NCBI RefSeq assembly: GCF_009914755.1
Contig: NC_060931.1
Strand: one strand, 5' to 3'
DNA length: 64,000 bases
Source: the human T2T-CHM13v2.0 reference genome, Homo sapiens
Shown: in pieces, positions 30,706 through 48,092 of the stretch
Layout: every line of letters starts with the position of its first letter
How positions within the stretch are numbered: the first letter of the stretch is position 1
Position numbers and translations under genes: made by a program
Notes under the pieces: generated by a model
The model's input: the letters and a program-made list of their open reading frames with translations, nothing else
The model's database searches: none
Told to the model about the DNA's origin: nothing

Positions 30706-33095
30706 ACAATGAGAACACATGGACACAGGAAGGGGAACATCACACACAGGGGACTGTTGTGCAGTGGGGGTAGTGGGGAGGGATAGCATTAGGAGACATA
30801 TGTAATGTAAATGATGAGTTAATGGGTGCAGCACACCAACATGGCACATGTATACATATGTAACTAACCTGCACATTGTGGACATGTACCCTAAAACTTA
30901 AAGTATAATAATAATAATAATAATAAAGAACTTTCTGTAGAATTAATATGGTGAGGCTGAGGGAGAAGGGATGAGGCTTTAGAACCCACACCTCAACATG
31001 TACAAAAATAACTTACACAACAACCCCCACCTGCAAGGATGGTGCAGCTCTGCCAAGCCCCTGGGGCTGGGGGGCACATTGCAGACAGGGCACCATGGGA
31101 GCCAACCAGTGTGGGCCCCAGGTGCTGGTGGGAGTGAAGAGGGCTCCAGTCTGGAGGGGAGGGTGGCTATTAGAAGGACTTGATATACATGTGTTATAAT
31201 TTTATAATATACATATTTGAATTTGGGTGGGGACACAGAGCCAAACCACATCACCATATCAATATATCATAGAAAAATATGGGGTTAACCCAAAGAGGCT
31301 GGGGTAATGATGGGATTAACAATATATATTGATATGATTTTGCTCTGCATCCCCACCCATATTCACACAGACATAAACAATATTATTTATATTATTTAAA
31401 ATTTTATATATCAGGCATCATGCCATGTATAATCCTTGGGGATTTTTCACTTATGCTACCTTGCTAGGATTCATCCACAGTTTCATCTGTCACTACAGTA
31501 TACTGGTTTGGATTGTAGAAAATTATTCTATTGTGGGAATACACAGCAATTGATTAGTCTACTCTCCAGGTGATTTGCATTCAATCATTTCTAGGTTTTC
31601 TCTTCTAAACAGGGAAGCTATGAACATTCTTGCATGTCTTCTGTTGGATATGTGTAATTGTTTCTCTCAAGTAGTTCCAAGTGGAATTGCAAATGTTAGA
31701 AGGTATGTATTTCATTTTAGAAAATAATGCCGACCTGTTTCCCAAAGAAACTGCACCAAGCTCAATCCAGCAGCAAAAATTGAGAGTACCTATGTGTCCA
31801 CATCCCTTCCAGAATTGACATTTGCAGATTTTGTATGTGTGCCTACTGAACGAGTATAAAATACTAAATCATCCTGTTCCTGATTTTTCACTTCTCTCTT
31901 TACTAACAGTGTTGAAAATCTCCACACAGGTTTAGTGGGCACCTGTGTTCTTATTTTTTAAGACACCTGTTCAGGCCTCTGCCTAACTTTCCATTGATTG
32001 CCCATGCTAACAATGAGCCTGTCACCAGAGAAATTGCCTCTGCATCACACCCTGAATGAGCATGGCTATTTCCAGGACTCTACTCTATGATTTCCCCCAC
32101 TACTCTTATCTATGATGAGCTTTACTCTTTTGAGACTTTAGGGCAAACCCTCTTCATACTAAAGGAAACTTCAGGCAGGCAAAGAGAATGGGGAAATCAG
32201 AGACCAGCTCAAGAGATGCCCCTGGAATGACGCCCTATGTTAAACATCTGGTCAGGTTCCAATGACTGCCTTAGAAGTTTCTAGTGGGTAAGCTGGGCAG
32301 AATCTTCAAGTTGGGATGAGTCTAGACATCATTCAGGTAACAGGAAGCTCACAGGGGAGGGGATTCAAGCAATGTGTTTCATGGGCATACATTCATCATC
32401 TGCAAGCCATGCCACTGGAGTAGGATAAAGTTAGGAATATTCCCTTCGAGGAGGGCTGGTGGAAGCAAGCCGAGACTGCAGGGCCCTCTGTATGTAGGAG
32501 CCACAGGCCTGGCAGATGTGGCAAAGAAACTGGCTGGAACTGGGGCATGGGGATTAATGCAAAAGTCTATAAAAATATCGGGTTAACACAAAGAGGCTGG
32601 GGTAAGGATGGGATTAACAAACTAGCATGTAGAGAGACACTGAGATACAATTTCTAAAACTAAAGAATCGTTTTCTAAACAAAAGGCCCCAGGTCAGACT
32701 GGCAGCAAAGAGACTTCTGGGAGCTATTTTGGGTTCTGGGAGTCATGAGCTCCTGTTGCATCATTCAAAGATCCAATTATTGAAAGACAGAGCTGGGAAC
32801 ATAGGTTCTGTCTCAGTCGGAGCTGACTTAGGAGTCACAGTGAATCTATGCCTCCATGTAGGAAACCCCTTTGCCAGAAACTATGGTGGAGAAGAGGATT
32901 TTATTTTAACAAACATTTATATATTTCATATATTCCAAGCACCTGATTTTGTTCAGGAGAACAGAGTTAAATAAGGTATAGCATCTGCTCTGAAGTTGCT
33001 GAATAACATTAATAACATGAATTTCATTTGCAATCAGCATGACTCACTGTACTAACCACTTCACATGAATTCTTTCACTTAATCCTATAACATTC

Positions 33096-33265
33096 AGTCA
33101 GGTATGGTGATGCACGCCTGCCATCCCAGCTACTTGGGAGGCTGAAGTGGGAGGATCACTGGAGCTCAGGAGTTCCAGGCTGTAATGAGCTATGATCGCA
33201 TCACTGCACTCCAGCCTGGGTGACAGAGCAAGACCCTATTTCTTAAAACATAAAATAAAATAAAA
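33096..33265 (+). mobile_element. Alu monomer (FLAM/FRAM-type) within MIR-like sequence
   Basis: Single Alu arm ending gcaagaccctatttctt plus an A-rich tail. Confidence 0.75.
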
Positions 33266-34364
33266 TTCTGTAACAACCATATAAAGTAAGTAGCAATATT
33301 TACCCCATTTTCCAGTGAGGACATTAAGGTTCAAAAAGTTTCAGAAGTTTTTCTAAAGCCATTCAGAAAGTAAGCAGAGGAGGAGGAATTTGAAACTAAT
33401 CAGTTAGCTCCTAGAGGTCACACGATTAACCACCCAACATACGTTTCCTAAGCGTCCTTTTATTAGAGGGGGCAGGGGCTCCCCATCATCCTCATCAGGT
33501 AACTTATTGTGCTGTGATGGTAACTACCTAAAGACTTAAAACTAAGCACAAATTCCTTCAGTTCTCACGCCTGGTACACATCTCATAACATGGTATACAT
33601 CTTTAAGTACTACGGAAACCACAAAACCAATAGAACTTAAATTAAACTTGCATGTTAATGAGGCAGAGGATGAGGTTTTGCAACCATAAATCTCATAAAG
33701 TTAGGAAAATCCCTTTGAGGAGGGCTCCCCTGTGTCCTGGAGCCCCAACATCTCCCACCACTTCCCTCTATTTGAGCAGCTACGAAACTTCGCCAGTACC
33801 GCACACCGTGGTACCATCTGGCCTCCACTAGGTTAAAGCACATCATTTATTAGTTACTTCACCCAAATACATTTCCTATTAGCTTGTGACAGTGAAAGAA
33901 GCATTGCTTGGTGCCAACTCAGTTATAAATACAAACTCATGGGCACTAAAATCCCTGGCTATGCTCAGGGGTAGACTAGCAATGGCCTAGAAAATTGTGG
34001 ACCTCCATTGGAGAAATATCTTATTATGCTCTTCAGCCTCCTTCCAATCCCAGTCCCCATCAGAAGGCAATGACCTCCTTGTGTGATAAGTGTTAAGGCA
34101 GAGAAAAACACAGAATCCGTGGGATTGGAGAGGGCACCCACCCCTCTGCCCAAACAGTAAAGGAAAGTCTTCCTGAAAGTGTGACCACTGGGTCTGGCCC
34201 TGGAGAGGAAGAAAAGTGTTTCCCAGGTGGAAGAAATGACATAAAGAAAGGCAATAGGACATGAAGCAGCACAATATGTGCACAAGAGACAAAAGAATTT
34301 ATAATCCACGAAGAATAAGAGAAAGAGGAAGCCAGAGAAGCTGGTAGAAGACAGATCATGGGGT

Positions 34365-35060
34365 ACCTACACCTATACCTATACCTATATCTGAGTGTCT
34401 ACATCAACATCATCTACATCTACACCTACATCTACATCTGAGTGTCTACATCTACATCCTCTATGCCTACACCTACACCTATGTCTGTATATCTACATCA
34501 ACATCATCTACACCTACACCAACACCTACATCTGTATGTCTACATCGACATCATCTACACCTACACCTATATCTACATCTGAGTGCCTACATCTATATCC
34601 TCTACACCTACACCTACATCTGTACATCTATATCACCATCATCTACACCTAGATCTCCACCTACACCTACATCTACATCTGTATATCTACATCAATATCA
34701 TCTATACGTATACCTATACCTATACCTACAACTACATCTACATCTGTATGTCCACATCAACATTGTCTACACCTACATCTACACCTACAACCATATCTAC
34801 ATCTGAGTGCCCACATCACCATCATCTACACCTACACCTACATCTGCATCTATACATCTACGTCATCTTTATCTACACCTACACCTATGTCTACATCTGT
34901 ATATCTACATCAACATCATCTACATCCACACCTATACCTACATTTATATATTTAACTCTGCATCATCTCCAGCTCCATATATGCCTATACCAATTTCTAC
35001 ACCCATATATCTATACCTACATCTACATCAACCTCTACATTTACATCTATATCTACATTC
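34365..35060. repeat. Degenerate (CATCTA/CACCTA)n hexamer low-complexity repeat
   Basis: Recurring acatct/acacct units with a periodic atctgagtg anchor. Confidence 0.9.
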
Positions 35061-35896
35061 TTGGCCTGTCTATGAACCCTTTGAGAAAAGGCAGGAAAGC
35101 ATTAGAACTCTCGAATGCTTTTTCATTTCCTTGTGCACTATGTGTATAAGAAACACCTCTGCTTGGTTTGAAATGGAAAGATCATGACTATGAATGAGGC
35201 AGTCTTCCCCTAGTTGCCATGGACATCTACCTTGGTTGCTAGCTCCCTGCATTCTGGCATGGCAGGGCTGCAGGAAGTGCTTGAATTGATGAGAATAACA
35301 AGGGACTATTTTATTTACCATCACCAGCATTAGCTTGTGTTGTGCAGCCACGGTTTGCTTGGTCTTTTAAATTACATTCCCACTTCCCTGTGCTCTCATC
35401 ATTGCAGCTCTCATGGCTACATTCCTTAAAGCAATAACTTTCATTTACAATAATGTTCCTTTAATAGGGGTACGTTGGACAATATTCATGCACACTCACT
35501 TGGCATAGCATTTTTCATCGAAGAGCCTGTGCCAACATTAAATAGGTGAATTTAGCAAAAGCAGAAAAGCATAAAGAAGAAAATAAACATGACCCATGAA
35601 CCCACTTCCCAGAGTAACTGTTTACATTGGGTGTGGTTTTCCCAGAGAAGTTCCTCTTTGCATATTGAGAGCATATGGAATTATAACTCTTACTGTTAAC
35701 ATTATAATATAAGGATTTCTATATAACTTTGGATATTTTGGAAAATAATTTAATGGCTATGTACTCTTTCTTTATATGTCCTCATATCATTGGTGACCAT
35801 TTCTACTACACTTTGATCCTTCTTTTCTATTTATTCATTTATTAAATATCCATCAAGCACTTACTTGAATCAGCAAGACATGCAAGGACTTTGTGA

Positions 35897-36213
<317 letters not shown>

Positions 36214-36810
36214 GGTCCTTGTTTTTAAAGAATTTACAATTGAACGGGCAGAAGCAGATAGTAACAAGTGAATGAAAGTAGTAAGATCTCAGCTTTACAG
36301 ACACCGTATTCTAACTATGTTTAGAGAAAAAAAGTGCAGCTTTCAAATTTCATTTACAGTCCGTCTTTCACATAGTCTCCCATCCACGACAGTGTGAGCA
36401 GAAAATAAATAAGTAAAGTAAAATAGATGTAAGTACCAACCAAGAAACCTAGGCTGATTTACAAAATTAAAATTTTTTTCTTAACTAAATCTTAGCTTCT
36501 TCAGTCAAAATACACCGTCACTTAGATTCCAACTCCCTTGCCAGAGCAGAACTCATTCCTGAAGTGCCTGCCTCCAGCATCCATTCTCACACTCTCTGCC
36601 TTCAGGATTATCTTAATCCTAACCCCAAGTTTGTTTAGTCCACTGTATTCTCAGCATCTCTAAGTGAATTCAAAGGAATTTCCAGTTCCTTTTTATCCCA
36701 TAGGAAGACCAAAGGGATCCAGAAATGGTGCCAAAAAAATCTCTTGCCCCCTGCTTCCAAAGTTGTCAATTTATCCTTGTCCAGCACAGGGCAGAGGTCT
36801 TCCCCTAGAG

Positions 36811-36973
36811 CAGTAATTCTTTAAGTATGGTCCCAGACCACGAACACCAGCGTCTCCCCAGACCTACCAAAGAAGAAACTGTGGGTGGGGCAGTGGTCCA
36901 GCAATCTGTATCTTAAAGCTCTTGAAGCTTATTCAAGGAGATTCTGACGTGTACTGAAGTTTCAGAGCCACTG
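36811..36973. mobile_element. MER5A-like hAT MITE fragment
   Basis: cagtaattctttaagtatggtcc...gaagtttcagagccactg termini. Confidence 0.55.
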
Positions 36974-37715
36974 CCCTAAATGACTGCACATCCAGCAAAA
37001 GGAGCTATGCTCCTGATGTTCTTCTCACATGCAATATCCATCAACATGTTTTGAGAAACCCCATTTCAAGGCACAAGCTCCAAGGAGTGGAGGAAATGCC
37101 AGTCTTTCAGGATTGCTCCCTGTCTCCTTCCTCTGAACCATCTTACAAGTTTTGAAGGAATTGGCTTGCAGAGTCTCCTGGCCCTACATTGTGTGCTGCT
37201 CCCCCTTCTCTTTCTTCTCTCCTTACCCCTCCTTCTCCCTGACTGCACAGCTCACTTTCCTGCCGGCATAGGTGCAGGTGTCCACTCCACGTTTCTGGAA
37301 GGAGCAGGAATGCCATAATGCGCTGCCTCCAGGTTTGATTTCTGGTATTCCAAAAGGCCTCAGAAAGTTATTTCTCTCTCACGCTTGCTTTTACTCAAGC
37401 TCCCATTTGTCCTCAGAAAGTCTGATTTACAATCCTTATTTTCTTGATATAGATTTAAGCAAAAAAATCTACTTTGACAGTCAAACTGGAGAAACGAGTT
37501 TATTGATTTAGCAGGTATGTCTTCTCTCTCTAAAGCACTAAAACTCATTGCTTTAATCAGGGTGAAGTCTCCAAGGCAAAAATCGTCAGAATATAGAAAT
37601 ACGTCTGAAAATGTTTCCAAAAATAATATCCCTGATGCAACAGCACAAAACTCAAAATGAATTTTTTGATTCAACAAGTGTTTATTGAGGCCCTTCTATG
37701 TGAAGAAACTATTGT

Positions 37716-41649
<3,934 letters not shown>

Positions 41650-42025
41650 TGTGAAGAAACTATTGTAAGCATTGGGGAATCATCAGTGATACTACTAGAT
41701 GTTCTGTAAAAATTGTTACATCATTTACATCATTCACATCATTCAATCCTCAAAACAATCTTATGAGTATAAACCATAAAGCTATTTTCTTAGAGAAGAG
41801 AAATTGGAAGAGAGATTGTATTCTCTTTCAGTTCTCAGCACAGATGTCTCCTCTTCCAACAGACTTGTTCTCCATTTTATTCTCCATTACAGCATTTTCT
41901 TTGCTTCTGTCAATATGCATTTCTTGATGTGAAGTTATGTATGTATACAAATGCACATATATACAGAAATGCATGCAATTCATGTATCTGTTTATCTTGT
42001 CATCTGGCTTCCCTCAGCACAGTGC

Positions 42026-42528
42026 ATGATGGGCAGAAGAGTGCCTCCTCAGAGACGTCCATGCATTATCCTCAGAATCTGTGAACATATGATGACATAT
42101 GGTAAAGGGGAATTAAGTTTGCAAATGGAATTATGGTTAGTAATCCACTGACTTTAAGATAAGAAAATTACCCAATATCATCTAAGCAAAGCCAATGGAA
42201 TCTCAGGCATCCTTTAAATGTGGATGGGAGAGACAGAAGAGTCAATGTTAGAGTGGCGTGGTGTGAGACTCACCCCCATTGCTGACCTTGAAGACAGAGG
42301 CAGGGACCACAAGCCAGCCATACAGACAGCCTCTGGAAGCTGGAAATAAAGGTTATCAGTTCTTCTCTGGAGCCTCCAGAAGGACGCAGCCCTGCTCACA
42401 CCTTGATTTTAGCCTTCTATGACCTATTTCACACTTCTAACCTCCAGAACTATAAGATCATAAATTTGTATTGTTTGAAGCCATCACATGTGTGACAATT
42501 TTTTCCAGTAAATAGGATGCTAATGCAG
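42026..42528 (+). mobile_element. MLT1D MaLR solo LTR
   Basis: tgatgggcagaa...ggaattaagtttgcaaatggaattatggtt...gcctctggaagctggaaa...cctccagaactataagat. Confidence 0.8.
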
Positions 42529-45500
42529 TGTAAGCATCATGAAGGCAGCCACTGTAGCTTCTTCACTGCATATACACCCAGCCCCTAGCACAGTGCTGAA
42601 AGTGCAGTGCCTGCTGATAGCACAGTGCACAGTAATGTTTATAAGGTGAATGGACACTTAAGAACCTCAAACTGCCTCTCCAGAAGGATGCCTGTTTCCC
42701 ACTTCTAGTCCCATATTATCCCACTCACTAAATTGAGAACTTTTCATGTATCACCTGGGATACCTCTGCAGCCTCTAAACATGTACCCTCTGCATCTAGG
42801 AGGGGCTTGGTAAAGTTTAGGTCTAGTCATGCAACTCTGCTTCCCAAAATCCATTGACAGACACTTAAACCTCTTTACACAGGCTTCAGAGCAGGCTGCA
42901 GTATGCCCTCACCTACAATTCCTTATTTTCTATAACTTCTAGTTACGTGCACCAAAACCAAACCTCTCCATGCATCAGACCCACATGTGTGCTCCTGATG
43001 GGCATGAGAGCTGTGTAGAGCTCTGTCATGCACATGGCCCTGCCCCACCCCAAACCAGTAGGTTGGAGGTAGAACCAAGCATATTTAATATCTAAAAATT
43101 CCCACATGTGGCAGCCAAGTTGAGAATCACCGGTCCAATTATTACCTCTCTAGACATCCCCCAGATTTTTCTGTGAAGACATCTCAGCCTGGGAAATGAA
43201 ACATACAACAAATCTCTCCCTCCTTTAAAACTCAATGTTATTTTAGCTATACTTCTAGCTATTAGCACTTTGCAGGTTTTAGTTTTTACTGTGGTTACCT
43301 AAGTATTTTTCCTACGGTGACTAGTAGATTGCTTGCCCTTGATCACAGGGAACTATACCTCTGCAGGGAGCTCCCAGAAAGCATGAGTATATGTTAAGGG
43401 GCTGATTCACAGGTTCACATTTCATTGTGTGCTGAACCCGAAGTCATCCAAAGAGGTTCTCAAATGAATGACAACACACAACTATGACCAAGCTAGTCCT
43501 TTATTGCCTGTATAAATTCTTTCACTTAATGATCCCCCAAACTGCCCAGGACAGCCTGATCCTCACCTAATTTTATACCTGATGAAACTGAGGCTTCATG
43601 ATATTAAATCATTTGTGGAAGGGTCTGAGGCAGGACTCACATCTGAGGATTGCCTAAGCCACAGCTCCAGGCTGGTCTGCTGAACGGGTCTTCCCAGCGA
43701 TAGGAGAGGTAGAGAGCAGCCAGGCTGCACTGGTCCACACTGGCTCCCTTTCTGCCCAGGAATAAACAGGCAGCTTTAGATTCTCTCTTTCGGGTCATCA
43801 GGGAATTTCTCCAGGTGCTGTTTCCAACCCTGACTTTGAAACTTCTGACTTGCAATGATTTCCTTAATTTCCCTCTGGTCCCTGTCTGCCTAGTGTCCTC
43901 ATATTCATGACTTTACTGAGCTTCGTTTCTCCCATATGGCCTCCTGGATCCTTCTCTCAGGCTCCACGCTCCCCACACAGTTGGTCTAGGTGTCTCCCAC
44001 CCCTAACCCAACCTGGGTCAGGAGCCCTTAAGCTTGGTTTCTCAGGGAGGGCATTTAACCAAAGACAATTCCTGGCCCAGAAGAGGCTCAAGTAGGTATT
44101 TGTTAATCTGGCAAACGTTTCAAATAAACAACTGGTGTGCAGATGGGTCCAAGCATTGTAAGGAATGATCTTCGACCCCCTCACATAAGACACCACATCA
44201 TCAGATCCACAGCCCCGAACTATAAGCCTGGAAAAATCGACAATGAAATAGAGATTTTTTTATGGTTACAAGGACCATTGCTGAATAGTAAACTATCTAT
44301 TGAAATTATATTGCCACAAATCTGGGAGTAAAATAAATGAAATCAATATTAAGGCAAGAAGTGAGTAACAGGCAGCTGAGAGCTAGAAGCAGGCTTAGCT
44401 TGTGTCCTCAGAGCATCCTGCCTCTGTTCTTGGCTTCCTACTTAAAATGCAATAGACACAAAAGTGGGCAGCTTACTCAGCACCAGTGTTTGCTCTTCCC
44501 TGGGAATCATACAACACCATGAAGCATTAGCATTGAAATGCATGCTTCTAGGTTAAAGCTTTGGCTGCAGCTGCACCAGGAGGGCTGCTGGGAAAACCTA
44601 CCCTCATAGTCAGCGCCATCTAATCAGCAGCTTGAATCTTGTTTGTTTGTTTTTTTTTTCCTAGCTGTTGTTCAGCCTTTTGCAATTAATCCATTCATTC
44701 ATTCACTCAGCAAACATTTAGTGAGCATTTCCTCTGTTCCAGTGCCATACTACTTTACAGGGATTAAAAGATAAAACACGTAGAGCCCTGCCATGGAGGA
44801 ATCCAGGTTCTAATTTACCGACACTGAACATCCCGGTTTGCCCAGGCCTGAGAGGTTTCCTCAGTCCGATCAGGAAAGTTCAGGGCAAGTCAGGACACCT
44901 CGTCATCCCGTGGTGGAGATAATAGTGCTGACAGATCATCGTGATGGTGTGAAAATGCTAAGTGGAGATGTTCCAGGAGCCTTTCCAAAGTCCCAGAGCG
45001 GCTCAGCACCTCCAGACTCCACCACAGCCTCGACTCACTAACGAACACAAGGAGCTGAAGCAAGCGGCGGCCCAGGGATCAATCAAGGAGAGTGAGGAAG
45101 GGCGGCGGAGAACAGAGAGGATGGCCAAGCACCTGCAAGCCAAGCACTCAGACTTCTGAGTCTCAGCAGAAAAGTGTGCCCAGGAAGGCTGAGTGCAGCC
45201 TGTGGAAAGGAAGATGAATAGAAATGCTCACCACCTTCCAGGAGTCCGCGGTGAGGTGGGAGGAACAGAGGCCTCACTAAGCAACACTGAGCGCTGTGAT
45301 CAATACGTGTCCAATACAGAGAAACCAGGAGGAGCAGCCGGCTTCCCGTGCCAGATGGGAAAAGGGAAGCTGCGCCAAGAAACAAGATGAGATTCATAAA
45401 GACGAGTCTCTGCAGGCTGGGAAGGAGGGTGTGCAAGAGCATTTTAGGTCACAGAAAAGAACATAAACAAGGGAGGGATGAGGGGGACTTTCAGGAAATG

Positions 45501-45680
45501 GTGTCTAGACCGGGAGAGAATATTAAGGCTGACAGGAGGCGAATTGAAGCAGAAGGTGGGCCGCGGCTGGAGAGGAGGCGCCACGGTGAGAATTCCTCAG
45601 GCCAGCCTCCCTCGGTTTCCCTCAGTGACTCCAACTCCCCAGAGCTGGAGCCCAGGGATAAGGCGCCGCGATGGCGCTTC

Positions 45681-45694
45681 CTGCCCTTTAGCGG
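45681..45694 (-). promoter_or_regulatory. Candidate CTCF motif in a small CpG-rich patch
   Basis: Minus strand reads CCGCTAAAGGGCAG, close to the CTCF core CCRSYAGRKGGCAG; local CpG retention at 45560-45730. Confidence 0.4.
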
Positions 45695-47744
45695 TGGCAC
45701 CTACAGCCCCCTCCTACCAGCTCGCCAACTGGGTCACACTGACCAGTGTACCTGGCACCCCGTAAACGCTGCTGCTGCAAGCCATGGGGATCAATGAATG
45801 AAGTTTTAATAGTAAATCCATAGGATCAATGTGTATTTATGAAGGGTAATTCTGTCTGAGGTGTAGAGGAGAGAGATGTGAAAAGAGAGGGAACAGTTAG
45901 AAATCAACTCCAACAGGAATGATGGGGAGATCTAGAGGCACGTCTGGAAGAACCTTCAGGAATCTGCAGCCTCCTAGCAGTGGACAGAGGCTCCACCCCG
46001 GCCTTGCCTGGCTCACCATTACCACACACCATCCTGGCAGACGTTGGCTGCAAAACTCACCAAGAAGACCCAGCCCACCTCCTCTTGCAGAGGCCCCATT
46101 CTTCAAGGTTCCTAGATGTGATTTGGGACGACTGACAGCCCATTCTCCAAGTCTGAAATCACTTCAGGATGGTCTCTGGTAAAGATTGTACCTCATGACT
46201 CATACAGATGTCACCACAGTCTACTGGACACAGGGAAGACCTCTGACTCAGACCAACCCATAGAGTGAGCTAAAGTGCTCAGATTCCACTCCCAGGAGCT
46301 GATCTCTCCTATGAAGCCGCCTCTGGGCAGGTCATCTCTGGCCATGTGCAAACAGGAAAGGGTTAGGAGGAAAATTAATGTGTAACACACATGAGCGATA
46401 TTATGCAACCCCTAAAAGATACAAAGAAAAGGAGTCTGTGCATCCTAATTTTCCAGTTCTCAGGAACTAAGGAGAAGCAGAAATTTAAAATACCATGCAA
46501 TCCTGGAAGATACAAATGAAGACTTCAGATTCCAATTTTCTTATGGTCTGGCTAAGCTGAATTCCTTAAACAAGCCAATATATATATAAGCTTAGAAGAA
46601 TGCCTGGCAAACAGTGCACATGTGCCAGCCACTATTATTTTGGGTACAAATGAGATTGTCTTTTATAATGTTGGAAAATAAAGGTATTAAGGCAATCTAA
46701 GTGGATTCTCTCTTTGTTCTGCTTTCAAAGACCATGGTAAACAAAGGAATATTGTATTTTTTCCTCAGTGATGGAAATTTAGAGAATTGTGGATGGTTCC
46801 TATCAAACTAATTAAATACTCTGAAAAGCTGTTTTCAGGACCCATTGATCTTGATCCATATAAAATTTTGGTGTTTCATTTTCTTTCTCAATAATACAAC
46901 TCTGTATGATTTTGTTTGGGCCCAGATCAGAGAACATTTTATACTCTACAGAAAATGGCAGACCTTATTTGTAAGGTCCACTGAGCTCTTGCTAATACCC
47001 TTTAATCCGATGCAACAGCTACTGGTCTTGAGTCATAAATTAAACCAGAGCAACAAAAATTACAGTCTTATTCTAATACTCATACCATAACCTGACAAAA
47101 TTTGTACCTCAAATGAATCTGTTGGTGCCCATAGCAAAATTTGATTCAATGCAACTTACTTCCTGGAAGTCATACGCCAGGAGGATTGTAGGCATGTCTG
47201 TTTAAAGAAAGCATTTCTTTGGGTTAGTGTGTGCATGACTTTGTTCCAAAGTCAAAATAGGGTGCATGTTAAGTTTAAACACTCTGGAAGGATTGGGTTC
47301 TCCAGATCTTGGCATGATGACTTAAACAGAACGAGGGTGGGCCAAGATCAGGAATTACTAGCAAGAGGTATCAAGTGTAACCAAGTACATCTTGGGTTGT
47401 CTCTGACAACCCAAGAGAATCGGGAGGGGCTGAAGAAAGAAAGGCCCATTCCTTGTCCAGCATAATCTGAAGTGGAGGTGCCACACATAGCTACTGTTGT
47501 TGTGACTTGCCCAGAGATCATCACCCAGTGGGACTGAGTCCAGCCCCCGTCTGATTACTAAGCTGTGCACTCAGGCACCAGCCTTTTCTAAGTCACTTGA
47601 AGATACTTTAGGGGGCCTTGAGGCCTTGGCAGGAGGTCACTATATAAGTGCGAAATCAATCAATTAATCAATAATTAAATAAATAGTAGAGATAGAATCA
47701 GCTCCCAGAAGACTTTGAAAATATGGGTTTAAAGAAATAGCCCA

Positions 47745-48092
<348 letters not shown>

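Noticed and set aside
34395-35187. His/Tyr/Thr-rich ORFs up to 188 aa
   Set aside because: They are products of the hexamer low-complexity repeat.
44838-46182. Cluster of overlapping 65-149 aa ORFs
   Set aside because: Expected in a GC-richer stretch with few stops; no recognisable domain or convincing exon structure.
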